DNA of 64,000 nt from Dehalococcoidia bacterium (GCA_030740155.1 JASLXV010000085.1:46041-110040); one strand, 5' to 3'; shown: positions 38,707-49,227, counted from the first letter of the stretch. Translations and numbers: made by a program. Notes: generated by a model not told the origin, from the sequence alone.

Positions 38707-38764
38707 TTTATCGAGGCTCTCACTCCGGCTAAACCAAGCGGAGTGGGAGTCACGGGGAGCGGGG

Positions 38765-40456
38765 ATGAAGCTAACGGGCGCCGAAATCGTATGTGAAAGC
38801 CTCCTGAAAGAAGGGGTGGAGGTTATTTTCGGGATTCCTGGGGGCGCGGTGCTGCCTTTCTACGGAGCCCTGTCCAAATACCCCAAGATACGGCACATCC
38901 TGGTGCGCCACGAACAAGGCGCGGCCATGGGCGCCGACGGCTACGCCCGGGCGACCGGCAAGGTTGGGGTATGCACCGCCACTTCGGGGCCGGGGGCCAC
39001 CAACCTGGTTACCGGCATCGCTTGCGCCCAGATGGACTCGGTGCCGATGGTCGCCATTACCGGGCAGGTGTCCCGGGCGGTCTTGGGAAGCGATGCTTTC
39101 CAGGAGATCGACATGACCGGGATCACCCTGCCCATTACCAAGCACAACTACCTGGTCATGAACGTCGCGGAAATTGCCGGAGTCATCAAAGAGGCGTTTC
39201 ACATCGCCCGGACCGGGCGGCCGGGGCCGGTACTGGTGGACCTGCCCAGGGACGTGCTCCAGGACGAGCTGACGGAGTTCGTCTGGCCCGAGACAATCAG
39301 CATTGCTGGCTACAATCCGCCCGGCGATGCGGACCCGGAACAGGTGGCCGAGGCGGCCAGGCTGATCAACCAGGCGGACCGGCCCGTTATCGTGGCCGGA
39401 CATGGGGTGCTCATTTCCCACGCCTACGGAGAGCTGCGGGAGTTTGCGGAGAAGACCCAGACACCGGTGGTCACCACCCTGCTGGGCATCAGCTCATTGC
39501 CCACGGACCACTACCTGAACCTGGGCATGGCGGGAATGCACGGCCTGGCCAGCGCGAGCCTGGCGGTCGACAAGTCCGATCTGATCATAGCCCTGGGAAT
39601 GCGGTTCGACGACCGGATCACGGGGCGCCTGAGCGACTTCGCTCCCAATGCCAAGGTGATCCATGTCGACGTGGACCCTTCGGAATTGAACAAGAACGTC
39701 CAGGCGAATGTGCCCATAGTTGGGGATCTCAAGTGTTTCCTGCAACAGCTCATGCCCCTGGTGGAGCCCAAGGTCCACATCGACTGGCTGCGTAGCGTCG
39801 ACACCCTGTGGACCGAGCACCCGACGGCGCACATCCGGCAGACCGAGGAGCTGCTGCCCCAGTTCGTGCTGCGGAAGCTTTCGGAGGCGACCCAGGGAGA
39901 CTCGATCATCGTGACCGGCGTGGGGCAGCACCAGATGTGGGCCGCCCAGTTCTGCGCCTTTAACGAGCCGAACACGTTGATTACGTCGGGCGGGCTGGGC
40001 TCCATGGGTTATGAGGTCCCCGCCGCCCTGGGAGCCAAGTTGGGACGGCCGGATAAGACCGTCTGGTCCGTCGCCGGCGACGGCGGCTTCCAGATGACCT
40101 TGTGCGACCTGGCTACAGCCGCGGAGAACAACATCGAGGTGAAGTTCGCCATTCTAAACAACGGGTCCCTGGGCATGGTGCACCAGTTGCAGGACCTGTT
40201 CTTCGACCAAGACTATTTTGCTTCCCAATACACGGCCAACCCGGATTTCGTCAAGCTGGCCGGAGCCTACGGGATTCATGGGATTCGGGTCACCGCGAAA
40301 GACCAGGTGAACGGGGCAATCCAAGAGGCGATGGAGACTCCCGGCCCGGTGATCATCGACTTCCGGGTCGTGGAAGAGAACGTGTACCCGACGATCCCGG
40401 CCGGGAAATCCGTCAACGACATGATAGAGGAACCGGCGCCGGAGGGCATTCACTGA
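38765..40456 (+). CDS. ilvB: Acetolactate synthase large subunit
   Basis: FGIPGGA, RHEQ, TSGPGATN, MAGMHG, RFDDR, GQHQMWAAQ, GDGGFQM; first gene of the ilv operon. Confidence 0.95.
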   Translation: MKLTGAEIVCESLLKEGVEVIFGIPGGAVLPFYGALSKYPKIRHILVRHEQGAAMGADGYARATGKVGVCTATSGPGATNLVTGIACAQMDSVPMVAITGQVSRAVLGSDAFQEIDMTGITLPITKHNYLVMNVAEIAGVIKEAFHIARTGRPGPVLVDLPRDVLQDELTEFVWPETISIAGYNPPGDADPEQVAEAARLINQADRPVIVAGHGVLISHAYGELREFAEKTQTPVVTTLLGISSLPTDHYLNLGMAGMHGLASASLAVDKSDLIIALGMRFDDRITGRLSDFAPNAKVIHVDVDPSELNKNVQANVPIVGDLKCFLQQLMPLVEPKVHIDWLRSVDTLWTEHPTAHIRQTEELLPQFVLRKLSEATQGDSIIVTGVGQHQMWAAQFCAFNEPNTLITSGGLGSMGYEVPAALGAKLGRPDKTVWSVAGDGGFQMTLCDLATAAENNIEVKFAILNNGSLGMVHQLQDLFFDQDYFASQYTANPDFVKLAGAYGIHGIRVTAKDQVNGAIQEAMETPGPVIIDFRVVEENVYPTIPAGKSVNDMIEEPAPEGIH

Positions 40457-40457
40457 A

Positions 40458-41009
40458 ATGAACCGGAACGGAGAGCAGCACACCATTGTTGCCCTGGTGG
40501 AGGACCGTCCCGGGGTCCTCACCCGCATCGCCAGCATGTTCCGGCGGCGCGGCTTCAACATCGCGAGTTTGGCAGTTGGAAAGAGCGAGCGGCCCGGCCT
40601 GTCCCGCATGACCTTCGTGGTCGACGGCGATCAGAACACGGTCTACCAGGTGACCAAGCAACTCGACAAGCTCATCGACGTTATCCTGGTTTCCGACATC
40701 TCCGCTGATTCGATCGTGTCCAGGGAGTTGGCCCTGGTCAAAGTGAAAACGGATCCGTCCACCCGTGGCGAGATCATCCAGATCGTCCAGCTGTTTCGGG
40801 CCAACATCGTGGACGTGGGCACCCAGTCCATGGTGATCGAGATCACTGGAGAGGAAGACAAGATCAACGCCTTGAGCAACCTTCTCGAACCCTTTGGCAT
40901 TATTGAGTTGCTGCGCACCGGGCGCGTGGCTATGGTCCGCGGCCAGACCAACGGCCGGGTCACCGACAGTGTTGGAGTCGACCTCGGCGGGAATGGATTC
41001 GGCGACTGA
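40458..41009 (+). CDS. ilvN: Acetolactate synthase small subunit
   Basis: [43 protein letters not shown]. Confidence 0.95.
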   Translation: MNRNGEQHTIVALVEDRPGVLTRIASMFRRRGFNIASLAVGKSERPGLSRMTFVVDGDQNTVYQVTKQLDKLIDVILVSDISADSIVSRELALVKVKTDPSTRGEIIQIVQLFRANIVDVGTQSMVIEITGEEDKINALSNLLEPFGIIELLRTGRVAMVRGQTNGRVTDSVGVDLGGNGFGD

Positions 41010-41062
41010 GGTGGGGCAATCTCCGGGATTGGAGAATTCGGCGAATTGAAGATGATGGTGAA

Positions 41063-42064
41063 ATGGTAAAAGTTTTCTACGACGAAGACGCGGACCTGGG
41101 GGTCCTGGCGGACAAAACCATCGGCATCGTGGGCTACGGGAGCCAGGGGCACGCCCACGCGCTAAACCTGAAGGACAACGGGCAGAAGGTGATGGTCGGC
41201 CTCTACCCGGGCAGCCCTAGCCGGGTCAAAGCCCAAGCGGCGGGCCTGGAAGTGGCGGACGTGCCCGACGTGGTCAAGGCGGCGGACGTGTTGATGGTGG
41301 TGATCCCGGACCACGTGCAAGGCGGGGTGTACCGGAAGGAGATCGCTCCTCACTTAAAGCCGGGCAGCGCCCTCATGTTCGCCCACGGTTTTAGCATTCT
41401 CTACCGGGAGGTGGTCCCACCCAGCAACGTGGACGTGATGATGGTTGCACCGAAGGCCCCCGGCCACCGTATGCGGGAGCTTTTCGAGAGTGGAGTCGGG
41501 GTGCCCAGCCTGCTGGCCATCCACCAAGACGCCACCGGTCACGCTCAAGAGGTCGGTCTGGCCTATGCCAAGGGCGTTGGCTCCACCAGTGCGGGGGTGT
41601 TGGAAACCACTTTCAAGGACGAGACCGAAAGTGATCTGTTCGGCGAGCAGACCATCCTCTGCGGGGGCGTCTCGTCTCTGGTCCGCGCCGCCTTCGAGAC
41701 CCTGGTGGAAGGTGGGTATCCACCGGAGATCGCCTACTTCGAGTGCATGCATGAGCTGAAGATGATCGTGGACCTCATGTACCAGGGAGGGTTCTCCTAC
41801 ATGCGCTACTCGGTCAGCGACACCGCCGAGTACGGGGACCTGACCCGGGGGCCCAGGGTCGTCGACGATCACGTCCGGGATAATATGCGGAAAATCCTGA
41901 AGGAAATCCAGGACGGCACCTTCGCCCGGGAGTGGATCGCCGAGAACGACGAGGGTCGCAAACGGTTCCTTCCCCTCCGGGAGGAGGCGCGCCACAGCCA
42001 GATAGAGGAAGTGGGCAAGAAGCTTCGGGGCATGATGACCTGGCTCGACCCAAAAGAGGTGTAA
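41063..42064 (+). CDS. ilvC: Ketol-acid reductoisomerase
   Basis: [54 protein letters not shown]. Confidence 0.97.
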   Translation: MVKVFYDEDADLGVLADKTIGIVGYGSQGHAHALNLKDNGQKVMVGLYPGSPSRVKAQAAGLEVADVPDVVKAADVLMVVIPDHVQGGVYRKEIAPHLKPGSALMFAHGFSILYREVVPPSNVDVMMVAPKAPGHRMRELFESGVGVPSLLAIHQDATGHAQEVGLAYAKGVGSTSAGVLETTFKDETESDLFGEQTILCGGVSSLVRAAFETLVEGGYPPEIAYFECMHELKMIVDLMYQGGFSYMRYSVSDTAEYGDLTRGPRVVDDHVRDNMRKILKEIQDGTFAREWIAENDEGRKRFLPLREEARHSQIEEVGKKLRGMMTWLDPKEV

Positions 42065-42067
42065 AAT

Positions 42068-42111
42068 CCTCACCCCATCCTTCGATCACCCCTCTCCCAG
42101 CGGTAGAGGGG
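42068..42111. repeat. REP-like palindrome, copy 3 (CCTCACCCC..CCCTCTCCC..AGAGGGG), degenerate
   Basis: Inverted orientation of the motif at 13597 and 38324. Confidence 0.55.
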
Positions 42112-42385
42112 CCGGCGATGAGGAGCCCCTAGGAGAAAGAATCATGACAATGGAGATACAGACAGTAGTTCACCGTCACACGCTGGTCTTGGCAGGGCTG
42201 GGTGCGGTGGACTACGTGACCCTGCCCTTCGTTTCTGCAAGCTAGGCAAGCCGTTTCGCGGGTTTGCCGGCCCGGCGCGGCCGAGGACTCTCGGGGTCCG
42301 GCTGGTCCGGGAGCATCAAGTCGAATATCCGATTTGCCGTAGACCAAACGATACTGCAAAACAGAAAGAGAAAGGGTTGAATAAA

Positions 42386-43945
42386 ATGGCTGAAAGAAAA
42401 GTATTGTTCTTGGACACCACCCTCCGGGATGGAGAGCAGTCCGCCGGGATCGGGATGACCGCGGACGAGAAAATGGAGATCGCCCGGCAGCTACAGCGGC
42501 TGCGGGTCGACATTATCGAAGCCGGGTTTGCCGCCAGCTCCCCGGGGGACTTCCAAGCGGTGAGCAACATCGCCCGGGAAATCCACGGTCCCATCATCGC
42601 CTCCCTGGCCCGTGCCGTCGCCGACGACGTTGACCAGGCATGGGCGGCCGTCAAGCACGCCGAGAAACCCCGCATCCACATCTTCCTCTCCTCCTCGGAG
42701 ATCCACCAGATGCACCAGCTTCGCAAGAACCGGGAAGAGGTGATGGACATGGCGGTGACCATGGTGGCGCGGGCTAAAGGATATTGCGACGACGTGGAAT
42801 TCTCTCCCATGGATGCCACGCGCACCAATCCAGAGTACCTTTTCGAGATGCTGGAGGAGGTGATTCGTGTCGGCGCCACCACCGTCAACGTCGCTGACAC
42901 CGTGGGCTACGCCATCCCTTCCGACTTCGCCAGGCTGCTACTCGAAATTCAGGAGAAGGTGCCGGGCATCGACAAAGTGAACCTCAGTGTCCACTGCCAC
43001 AACGACCTGGGCTTGGCGGTGTCCAACAGCCTCGCCGCCATTCAGGCCGGCGCCCGCCAGGTGGAGGGTTGCATCAACGGTATCGGGGAGCGAGCCGGGA
43101 ACGCCTCCCTGGAAGAGATAATCATGGCGGTCGACACTCGCCAAGACCTCTTCGCGGTGCAGATAGGCATCGACACCACTCAGCTTTACCCCGCCAGCCG
43201 ATTGGTCAGCCGTATCACCGGGATGGCGGTACAGGCCAACAAAGCGGTGGTGGGCGAGAACGCCTTCCGCCACGCCTCCGGCATCCACCAGGATGGGGTG
43301 CTGAAGGACCGGTCCACCTACGAGGTGATGCAGCCGGAACGGGTGGGCGTACCCGGCAGCACGCTGGTGCTGGGCAAGCTGAGCGGCCGGGCCGGTCTCC
43401 AGTCCAGGCTGGAAGACCTGGGATACACCCTGAACCGAGAGGAGATCTCCAAGGTCTTCGAGTCTTTCAAAGTGCTTGCCGACAAAAAGCGCGAGGTCAA
43501 TGACCGGGACCTGGAAATCCTCATGGATGAGGAGAAACGAGTGGCCACCGAGCCCGTCACGTACGCCCTGGACCAGGTCCAGTTCTCGAGCGGCGACCAT
43601 GACATCGCCACGGCCACCGTGCGCCTCATCGGCCCGGACCAGGAACCGGCTACCGACGCCGCCACCGGCAACGGCCCGGTGGACGCCGTCTGCAAGGCCA
43701 TCAACCGGGTAACCGGTTCACCCTGCGAGGTGGTGGACTTCAGCGTCCAATCGGTGACTGAGGGCATCGACTCGATAGGCAGAGTGACCATCCGGGTCGA
43801 AAAAGACGGGCAGGTCTACACCGGCCGCGGGGCCTCCACCGACATTATCGTGGCCAGCGCCAAGGCGTATCTGAGCGCGGTTAACCGCATGTTGGCGTCC
43901 GACGAATCGGACATCCTGCCGCCCGTGGGAACCACGCCCGACTAG
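42386..43945 (+). CDS. leuA: 2-isopropylmalate synthase
   Basis: DTTLRDGEQ, IEAGF, HCHNDLG, NGIGERAGN, HASGIHQDG, GNGPVDA regulatory domain. Confidence 0.96.
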   Translation: MAERKVLFLDTTLRDGEQSAGIGMTADEKMEIARQLQRLRVDIIEAGFAASSPGDFQAVSNIAREIHGPIIASLARAVADDVDQAWAAVKHAEKPRIHIFLSSSEIHQMHQLRKNREEVMDMAVTMVARAKGYCDDVEFSPMDATRTNPEYLFEMLEEVIRVGATTVNVADTVGYAIPSDFARLLLEIQEKVPGIDKVNLSVHCHNDLGLAVSNSLAAIQAGARQVEGCINGIGERAGNASLEEIIMAVDTRQDLFAVQIGIDTTQLYPASRLVSRITGMAVQANKAVVGENAFRHASGIHQDGVLKDRSTYEVMQPERVGVPGSTLVLGKLSGRAGLQSRLEDLGYTLNREEISKVFESFKVLADKKREVNDRDLEILMDEEKRVATEPVTYALDQVQFSSGDHDIATATVRLIGPDQEPATDAATGNGPVDAVCKAINRVTGSPCEVVDFSVQSVTEGIDSIGRVTIRVEKDGQVYTGRGASTDIIVASAKAYLSAVNRMLASDESDILPPVGTTPD

Positions 43946-43966
43946 CGTTACGCCGTTGCCGAAACA

Positions 43967-43994
43967 GTAGGGGCGCAGCATGCTGCGCCCCTAC
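43967..43994. repeat. 28-bp perfect palindrome, GTAG-type REP; possible bidirectional terminator
   Basis: GTAGGGGCGCAGCATGCTGCGCCCCTAC equals its own reverse complement; lies between convergent genes. Confidence 0.85.
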
Positions 43995-44998
43995 AACATT
44001 TTCATCTGAAATCCGGCATCTATCCGCCGGCCCCGTTCATCCAGGTGGACCGCCGGGTAGCCCTCCTGCCGCAGGTGGGCGGACAGCTCCGGAAACCCGT
44101 TGACGGTGTACACCTCTTTGGGGTGCACCCGATGCACGTAGTCCAGCAGCTCGTTGAAATCGGCGTGGTCACTGTAGGGAAGGCTGGAGTCTCCCCGCCG
44201 GCCCCAGCGCCGGTTGCCCGTGGCCCAACCGGTTAGCTCCATGAAGCGGAGGCCGCGAACCCCCTCCAGGTTTGGCCCGCTCCGGGAGCCGGGTGGACAG
44301 AGCAACACCTGGCCCTGGGGCCAGCGGCCTTCGAATGGACGCAACTTGCCGGGGAAGATCACGCCGGCCTGCTGATAGACCTGGGCTATCCGGTAGACGC
44401 TTTCCTCCACCGCCACGTCGAACCCTTGACCCAGCAGGAGATGCAGCAACTCCTGGGCCTTGCCCAACCGCCACCCCTGGACCACCGGCTTCTCCCCGTT
44501 CCCGAGCCAGGTCCTCAGTACCTGGTAGGCCGTGGTCAGCACCTGCTCTTGAGATGGAAAGGTGTACTGTGGCCTGCCGTAGCAAGCATCCAAGATCAGA
44601 ACGTCGCAGGCCACCGGTTCCAGGGGTTCGTTGGTGGGGCTGGAGCGGACCTTGAGGTCGCCGGTATACAGGACCCGCACCCCGCTGGCCTTCGACTCCA
44701 CCAGAGCCTGGGCCGAACCCAAACAGTGCCCCGCCGGATAGAGGGTTAGGGTGTAGTTCTCAGTCTCCAGGGGTTCGTGGTAGTCCAGGTAGATGGGGCT
44801 GGAATTCTTCAGATAATCCGCAAGAAGTAGCCCCGTGTTCCTGGTCAGCACCGGCCGGCGGTGCCGGGCGATGTGGTCGGAATGGGCGTGGGATATCAGG
44901 CCAAATTCCCTCTGCCGCCGGGAATCCATCCACAGGTCCAGCTCGGGCAGGTAAACGCCGCGGTAAAATCCTACTTCCAACGATTCTCCGAGCCACAC
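43991..44998 (-). CDS. MBL/beta-CASP nuclease (ligase-associated DNA damage response exonuclease-like)
   Basis: SHAHSDH, PAGHCLGSAQ, YTGD, LGKAQE, TGW, YSDHADF. Confidence 0.85.
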   Translation of the reverse strand: MWLGESLEVGFYRGVYLPELDLWMDSRRQREFGLISHAHSDHIARHRRPVLTRNTGLLLADYLKNSSPIYLDYHEPLETENYTLTLYPAGHCLGSAQALVESKASGVRVLYTGDLKVRSSPTNEPLEPVACDVLILDACYGRPQYTFPSQEQVLTTAYQVLRTWLGNGEKPVVQGWRLGKAQELLHLLLGQGFDVAVEESVYRIAQVYQQAGVIFPGKLRPFEGRWPQGQVLLCPPGSRSGPNLEGVRGLRFMELTGWATGNRRWGRRGDSSLPYSDHADFNELLDYVHRVHPKEVYTVNGFPELSAHLRQEGYPAVHLDERGRRIDAGFQMKML

Positions 44999-45338
44999 CC
45001 TTCATCGCCATTGACGAGGGACCGCCGCCGGGGGTTGCCCCGTTTACCGGGGTGGAGTTGGGGCGGTGACGCGCCCAAGAAACGGCAACGGCGGAGGCCA
45101 AGCCGGCCCAGTATATCACGGGTTAAGCTCCAATCAGGTTCGTCACCGGACACGATGGAATCCGGTGTGGTGTTCCTTGAGCCAGGCTGCCATGGTCTAC
45201 AATCCGGATAAGGCAAGGCCCTGCATGGTGAAGAGAGGAGGATTGGGGCCGGTTGCTGGTTTCGCGGCCGGAGCAAAATCGAGCCACCCCGGCGAGGGCC
45301 GGGTGGGTACCGAAGGGGGATTTATGGCCGCAAAAGGG

Positions 45339-46157
45339 TCAGGTGGCTATTTTCTCCACCATGTAGCGGACGGTTCCCTTGGGAACGTTAATGACTACCT
45401 CATCACCCACGGACCGGTCTAGTAGCGCCTGCCCGACGGGTGATTTCGTGGAGAGTTTTCCCGATGCCAGATCCGCCTCCCGGATATCCACCAGGGTGTA
45501 TACGATTCGTTTGCCGGAAGCGAGGTCTTTCAAACTGACCTTGGTGCCCAACGCCGATCGCCGGATTCGGGTTGCTCCCTGTTTGGAGAGGATTTGAGCG
45601 TTGGCGAGGCTGGCTTCCAATTCCCGGATCCTGCCCTCGATGACGCCCTGGCGTTCTTTCGCCGCGTCCAACGGGGCGTTCTCCCGAAAGTCTTTGTCCG
45701 CCATCGCCTGCCGGATATCTTCCACCACGCTGGTTCGCTCGAGCTTGAGTACCGCCACCTGGGCTGCCAGGTTATCGTAGCCTTCCTGGCTGAGTTGGGT
45801 GCTCTCCTGTTCTTGGTTCGAACCGGAGCCGGCCCGCCGGCCGCTGGTGCGGCGGGTCCGCGGAAGCCTCAAATGGGCGGCCAGACCGTTCTGAATCCAC
45901 CCTTCATCCTTCCAATAGCTCAAGAATGACTTTACCGGGCTGAGCCGGTTCGCGGACTCAATTCCCCCCAAGCCAATATACTGAGCGTAGTCGGCCACCT
46001 CAGACGGAGTCAGGTCAAGTACGTTTCTGTCCCTTCCACACCAGGCGACGAATCGGCCCAATTCGTGGTGATTCAGTGGCGCCTTCTTGCCGTTCTTCTT
46101 GGCGGCGATAAAACGGGTTAAGGCTTCTGAAAGGGAGGGACCAGAAAAAATTGCCAA
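45339..46157 (-). CDS. greA: GreA transcription elongation factor with an N-terminal integrase core-binding (SAM-like) domain
   Basis: C-term DFRENAPLDAAKERQ, LS-KSPVGQALL--GD-V-VP-G; about 100 extra N-terminal residues; TTG start 8 nt after GGAGG. Confidence 0.85.
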   Translation of the reverse strand: MAIFSGPSLSEALTRFIAAKKNGKKAPLNHHELGRFVAWCGRDRNVLDLTPSEVADYAQYIGLGGIESANRLSPVKSFLSYWKDEGWIQNGLAAHLRLPRTRRTSGRRAGSGSNQEQESTQLSQEGYDNLAAQVAVLKLERTSVVEDIRQAMADKDFRENAPLDAAKERQGVIEGRIRELEASLANAQILSKQGATRIRRSALGTKVSLKDLASGKRIVYTLVDIREADLASGKLSTKSPVGQALLDRSVGDEVVINVPKGTVRYMVEKIAT

Positions 46158-46328
46158 CTCCAACACCTCCGGGGGGCGAACCTGAATCGCGACCACGCCA
46201 TGCGACCGGCGCATTACGCCAGGCTCCAAGGCATAACCGCGGCGATTGCCAGGCCTGTTTGGGTGTCCGATGCCGGAGGAGTTGAGAGGTATTCCGATCC
46301 CGCCCTTCGGACCTTGTAACCCATGTTA

Positions 46329-46357
46329 ATCATAGCAGTTTCTGCCCGCCATAGCAA
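46329..46357 (-). promoter_or_regulatory. Putative sigma70 promoter of greA
   Basis: Minus strand TTGCTA-N17-TATGAT with an extended -10 TG. Confidence 0.55.
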
Positions 46358-46575
46358 CGCGAAGGCCCACCTCCGGCGTCTCGCGGGGCGCCGGCCGGCA
46401 CGCCGGGCGCGGGCCCGGAGGTTCAGATAGAGCGCGTCCGTCCCCCGGTTCGGGTAGAGGTGTCTTGCTCCCGGTATGCCGGCCGCCGGAAGATTCGGCG
46501 GCGATATCCGGCAGGCGCCCAGAGCTGAGGGTCTGGGTGATACGCGGCCCGTCGGCCGCTCTGGTGACGCCGCGA

Positions 46576-47106
46576 CTAGCTCCTTTCGACCAACCGGGCC
46601 TGCTCTATCTGCTCCTTCAAAGCCGGCACCGGGTTCTGGTCTTGGAAGACGTGTGGGTTGGCGTAGTCAGGGGCCTGACCGGTCGGGTTCGTAATCCAGA
46701 CCGACGCTTCGAGGGCGATGCCGTTCGGATCGTGGAAGTAGATAGAGTGGATGAACTTGTGGTCGATTACCTGCGTCACTTCCACGCCGGCCCGGCTCAG
46801 CCGGTCCTGCAACTCCAACAGCCCATCCTCGTCTTCCACGTCGAAGGAGACGTGGTCGAACTGCAACCTGCCTCGCGCCGGCTGGCCGGCGGGTTTGTGG
46901 AACTCCTCTACCATGCCGGGCCACTCGAAGAAGGCGATGGTGCTGTTTGGTCCCGTCTCGAAAAAATAGTGGCGGTACGGATACCCCGCCGGCGTGTTTC
47001 CGATCGCCGCCACCAACGGCATTTGCAGCACGTCTCGGTAGAAGCGAACGGTCTTCTCCATGTCGTTGGTAACCATTGCCAGGTGGTTTACGCCGCGAAA
47101 TTTCAT
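46576..47106 (-). CDS. VOC (glyoxalase/bleomycin resistance) family protein
   Basis: GVNHLA, FYRDVL, RHYFF, IAFF, DHVSF, SIYFHDPNGIALE; RBS GGAGG. Confidence 0.9.
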   Translation of the reverse strand: MKFRGVNHLAMVTNDMEKTVRFYRDVLQMPLVAAIGNTPAGYPYRHYFFETGPNSTIAFFEWPGMVEEFHKPAGQPARGRLQFDHVSFDVEDEDGLLELQDRLSRAGVEVTQVIDHKFIHSIYFHDPNGIALEASVWITNPTGQAPDYANPHVFQDQNPVPALKEQIEQARLVERS

Positions 47107-47408
47107 TGTCCCTCCCCGAATATTCTCCGGCACAGACCCTGGGCAACCGGCTGCGCCTATTGGATTCAATATTAAGATTAGATGCAATTGGAATCGGTTG
47201 GATTTCGCCGGCGCCAAAAGCAGGAAGTTAACCAGCCCAAGCTGCTATGATGTTAGGGCGGCTACCGTCAGGGCTCCCCGGAGCCCGTTGCGGCGGTCCT
47301 CGGTCCGGATTTCAAGATCGTGCTTGGGGCCCGCGAATTTGGCTAGCGATCGAAGCGGTGCGGACCCGTTGGCGCGGCGGGATATGACATAACAGGAGGG
47401 GTGTCGGC

Positions 47409-48053
47409 TTGAAAGCGGTTGTCTTTGACTGGGACCTTACCCTATGGAATAGCTGGGATATGCACGTCTGGATAATGCACCGGATGGGCGACAGCCTCGA
47501 TTTGCCCCGGCCGGGGCTGGCCGCCATCGCCCAAGAGTTCTCCAGACCGTTCCTGCAGCACCTGGCCTGGTTCTTTGGCAAGGACGAGCAAAGCTTGAGG
47601 GACACCTACGTGGGATTCTACCGGGACGCCGTGTCAAGAATGGCCAACTTGTATCCGGAGATAGAGGGAATGCTCCGGGCCCTCAAAGCCGGCGGCTACC
47701 GGCTTGCGGTCTTCTCTGACAAGCGCACGTCATTCGGATTGTCGGAGTTGGACCGGACCAACATCGGCGATTTACTGGACTACACCTTGTTCTTGGCGGA
47801 GGGCCGCCCCTACAAGCCGGACCCTCTTGGCCTGCGGGAAGTGATGGCGGCCTTGGACGTAACCGGCGATGAGACCCTTTACGTTGGAGACGGCCGCCAG
47901 GACGTGGAGTGCGCCTACCGGGCCGGCGCCAAGAGCGGCGCGGCCCTTTGGGGGGCGGTGGACAGGGAGAAGGTGTTGGCCGGTCAGCCGGACTATTCGT
48001 GGGAGCGGGCTGCCCAGATACTCGGCACTCTGGGGGTACCGGCCTGCTCATAG
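47409..48053 (+). CDS. HAD family hydrolase (subfamily IA)
   Basis: VFDWDLTL, KPDP, YVGD---DV-A--AG; RBS AGGAGG. Confidence 0.88.
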   Translation: MKAVVFDWDLTLWNSWDMHVWIMHRMGDSLDLPRPGLAAIAQEFSRPFLQHLAWFFGKDEQSLRDTYVGFYRDAVSRMANLYPEIEGMLRALKAGGYRLAVFSDKRTSFGLSELDRTNIGDLLDYTLFLAEGRPYKPDPLGLREVMAALDVTGDETLYVGDGRQDVECAYRAGAKSGAALWGAVDREKVLAGQPDYSWERAAQILGTLGVPACS

Positions 48054-48090
48054 CGGCGGACCCACCGGTGGACCGGCGCCGAGAGGGCGG

Positions 48091-49227
48091 GTGAGAGCCT
48101 TTCTCAGATCGCCACGCTCCCTCGCCGCCGGGGTCTTCGGCCGCGGCTCACGTTCCGTTACGGACGGCTCCCGAACCCGGTCACTTCCCTCCTCCGGAGG
48201 ACGCTTGGGTGGCAGGGAGCGAGCTGTAATCGCGGCCGTGGTCATGCTGGCACTGGTAGGCGTGTTCCTGGTCATTTTGGACTGGCGGGAGGTCCGGGAT
48301 GTTTTGTCCGAAGGGGAATGGAAGTGGGTACCCCTGGCCCTGTTCATAACCGGTCTCTCGTACCTGTTCCAAGGTGGCAGCTTCAGCCTGATCAATCGGT
48401 CGTTCGGTATCCAACTAGGTTGGGAGGACCTGCTTAAAGTCGGGTACCTATCCGCCGCGATGATCGCCGCCGTCGGCGGGCTGGCCGGCCACTCATTGCG
48501 GCTGTTGCTGATGGTGCGCCGCGGGATGTCGGCAAGTGATGTCATGGCGCCCTCTCTTTTCCACGCCTACCTGGAGAGCCTGCTGTTCGCCGCACTGATA
48601 CCGGCTGGCCTGACCTACCTGCTCCTGACTCACCCCCTATCCCCCGAGGTGGCGGTTGCGTTGGGCATCGGCGCCGGGGCCCTGGCGGTGGCCTTCGCCT
48701 TGACAGCGGTGGTCTTCTTTTACGGGCCTGTAAGGTTGATAACCCTGCGGCTGGTGCGGGTTCTCTGGCGTTGGACTACTCGACACGAACTTGGGCCACC
48801 CCTGGACCGCTTCGAGACCACCCTGGCGCGGGGATTGGCTGCGGTGCGGGAGCGGCCCCAGGTACTGGTCCTGCCCGTGGGCCTGGTCCTGGCTGACCGA
48901 GTCGCCCGGGTGGCAGTGGTTTGGATCTGTTTCCAGGCCTTTGGCAGCAACGTTGAGCTTGGCGTGGTTGTGACGGGGTTCGCCGTGGGCGTGGCTCTGG
49001 GGGTCATGTCCATGGTGCCGGGAGGCTTGGGTGTTCAGGAAGGCTCCATGGCCGCGACTTACCATTTCTTAGGGATGCCCTTGGAAGAGGCCGTCCTGGT
49101 CTCCGTTCTCTTCCGGGTGGTCTACCACTTGGCGCCCTTCAGCGTTAGCTTGGTCTTCTACCGGGGTATCCTATGGGGAGGACGCCGGGGCCAGGTTCAC
49201 GATGGGGCGACGGCCGGCGCCGGCTGA
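48091..49227 (+). CDS. Lysylphosphatidylglycerol synthase TM / flippase-like (UPF0104) membrane protein; start uncertain
   Basis: Multiple TM helices; VPGGLGVQEG and VLFR motifs. Confidence 0.85.
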   Translation: MRAFLRSPRSLAAGVFGRGSRSVTDGSRTRSLPSSGGRLGGRERAVIAAVVMLALVGVFLVILDWREVRDVLSEGEWKWVPLALFITGLSYLFQGGSFSLINRSFGIQLGWEDLLKVGYLSAAMIAAVGGLAGHSLRLLLMVRRGMSASDVMAPSLFHAYLESLLFAALIPAGLTYLLLTHPLSPEVAVALGIGAGALAVAFALTAVVFFYGPVRLITLRLVRVLWRWTTRHELGPPLDRFETTLARGLAAVRERPQVLVLPVGLVLADRVARVAVVWICFQAFGSNVELGVVVTGFAVGVALGVMSMVPGGLGVQEGSMAATYHFLGMPLEEAVLVSVLFRVVYHLAPFSVSLVFYRGILWGGRRGQVHDGATAGAG

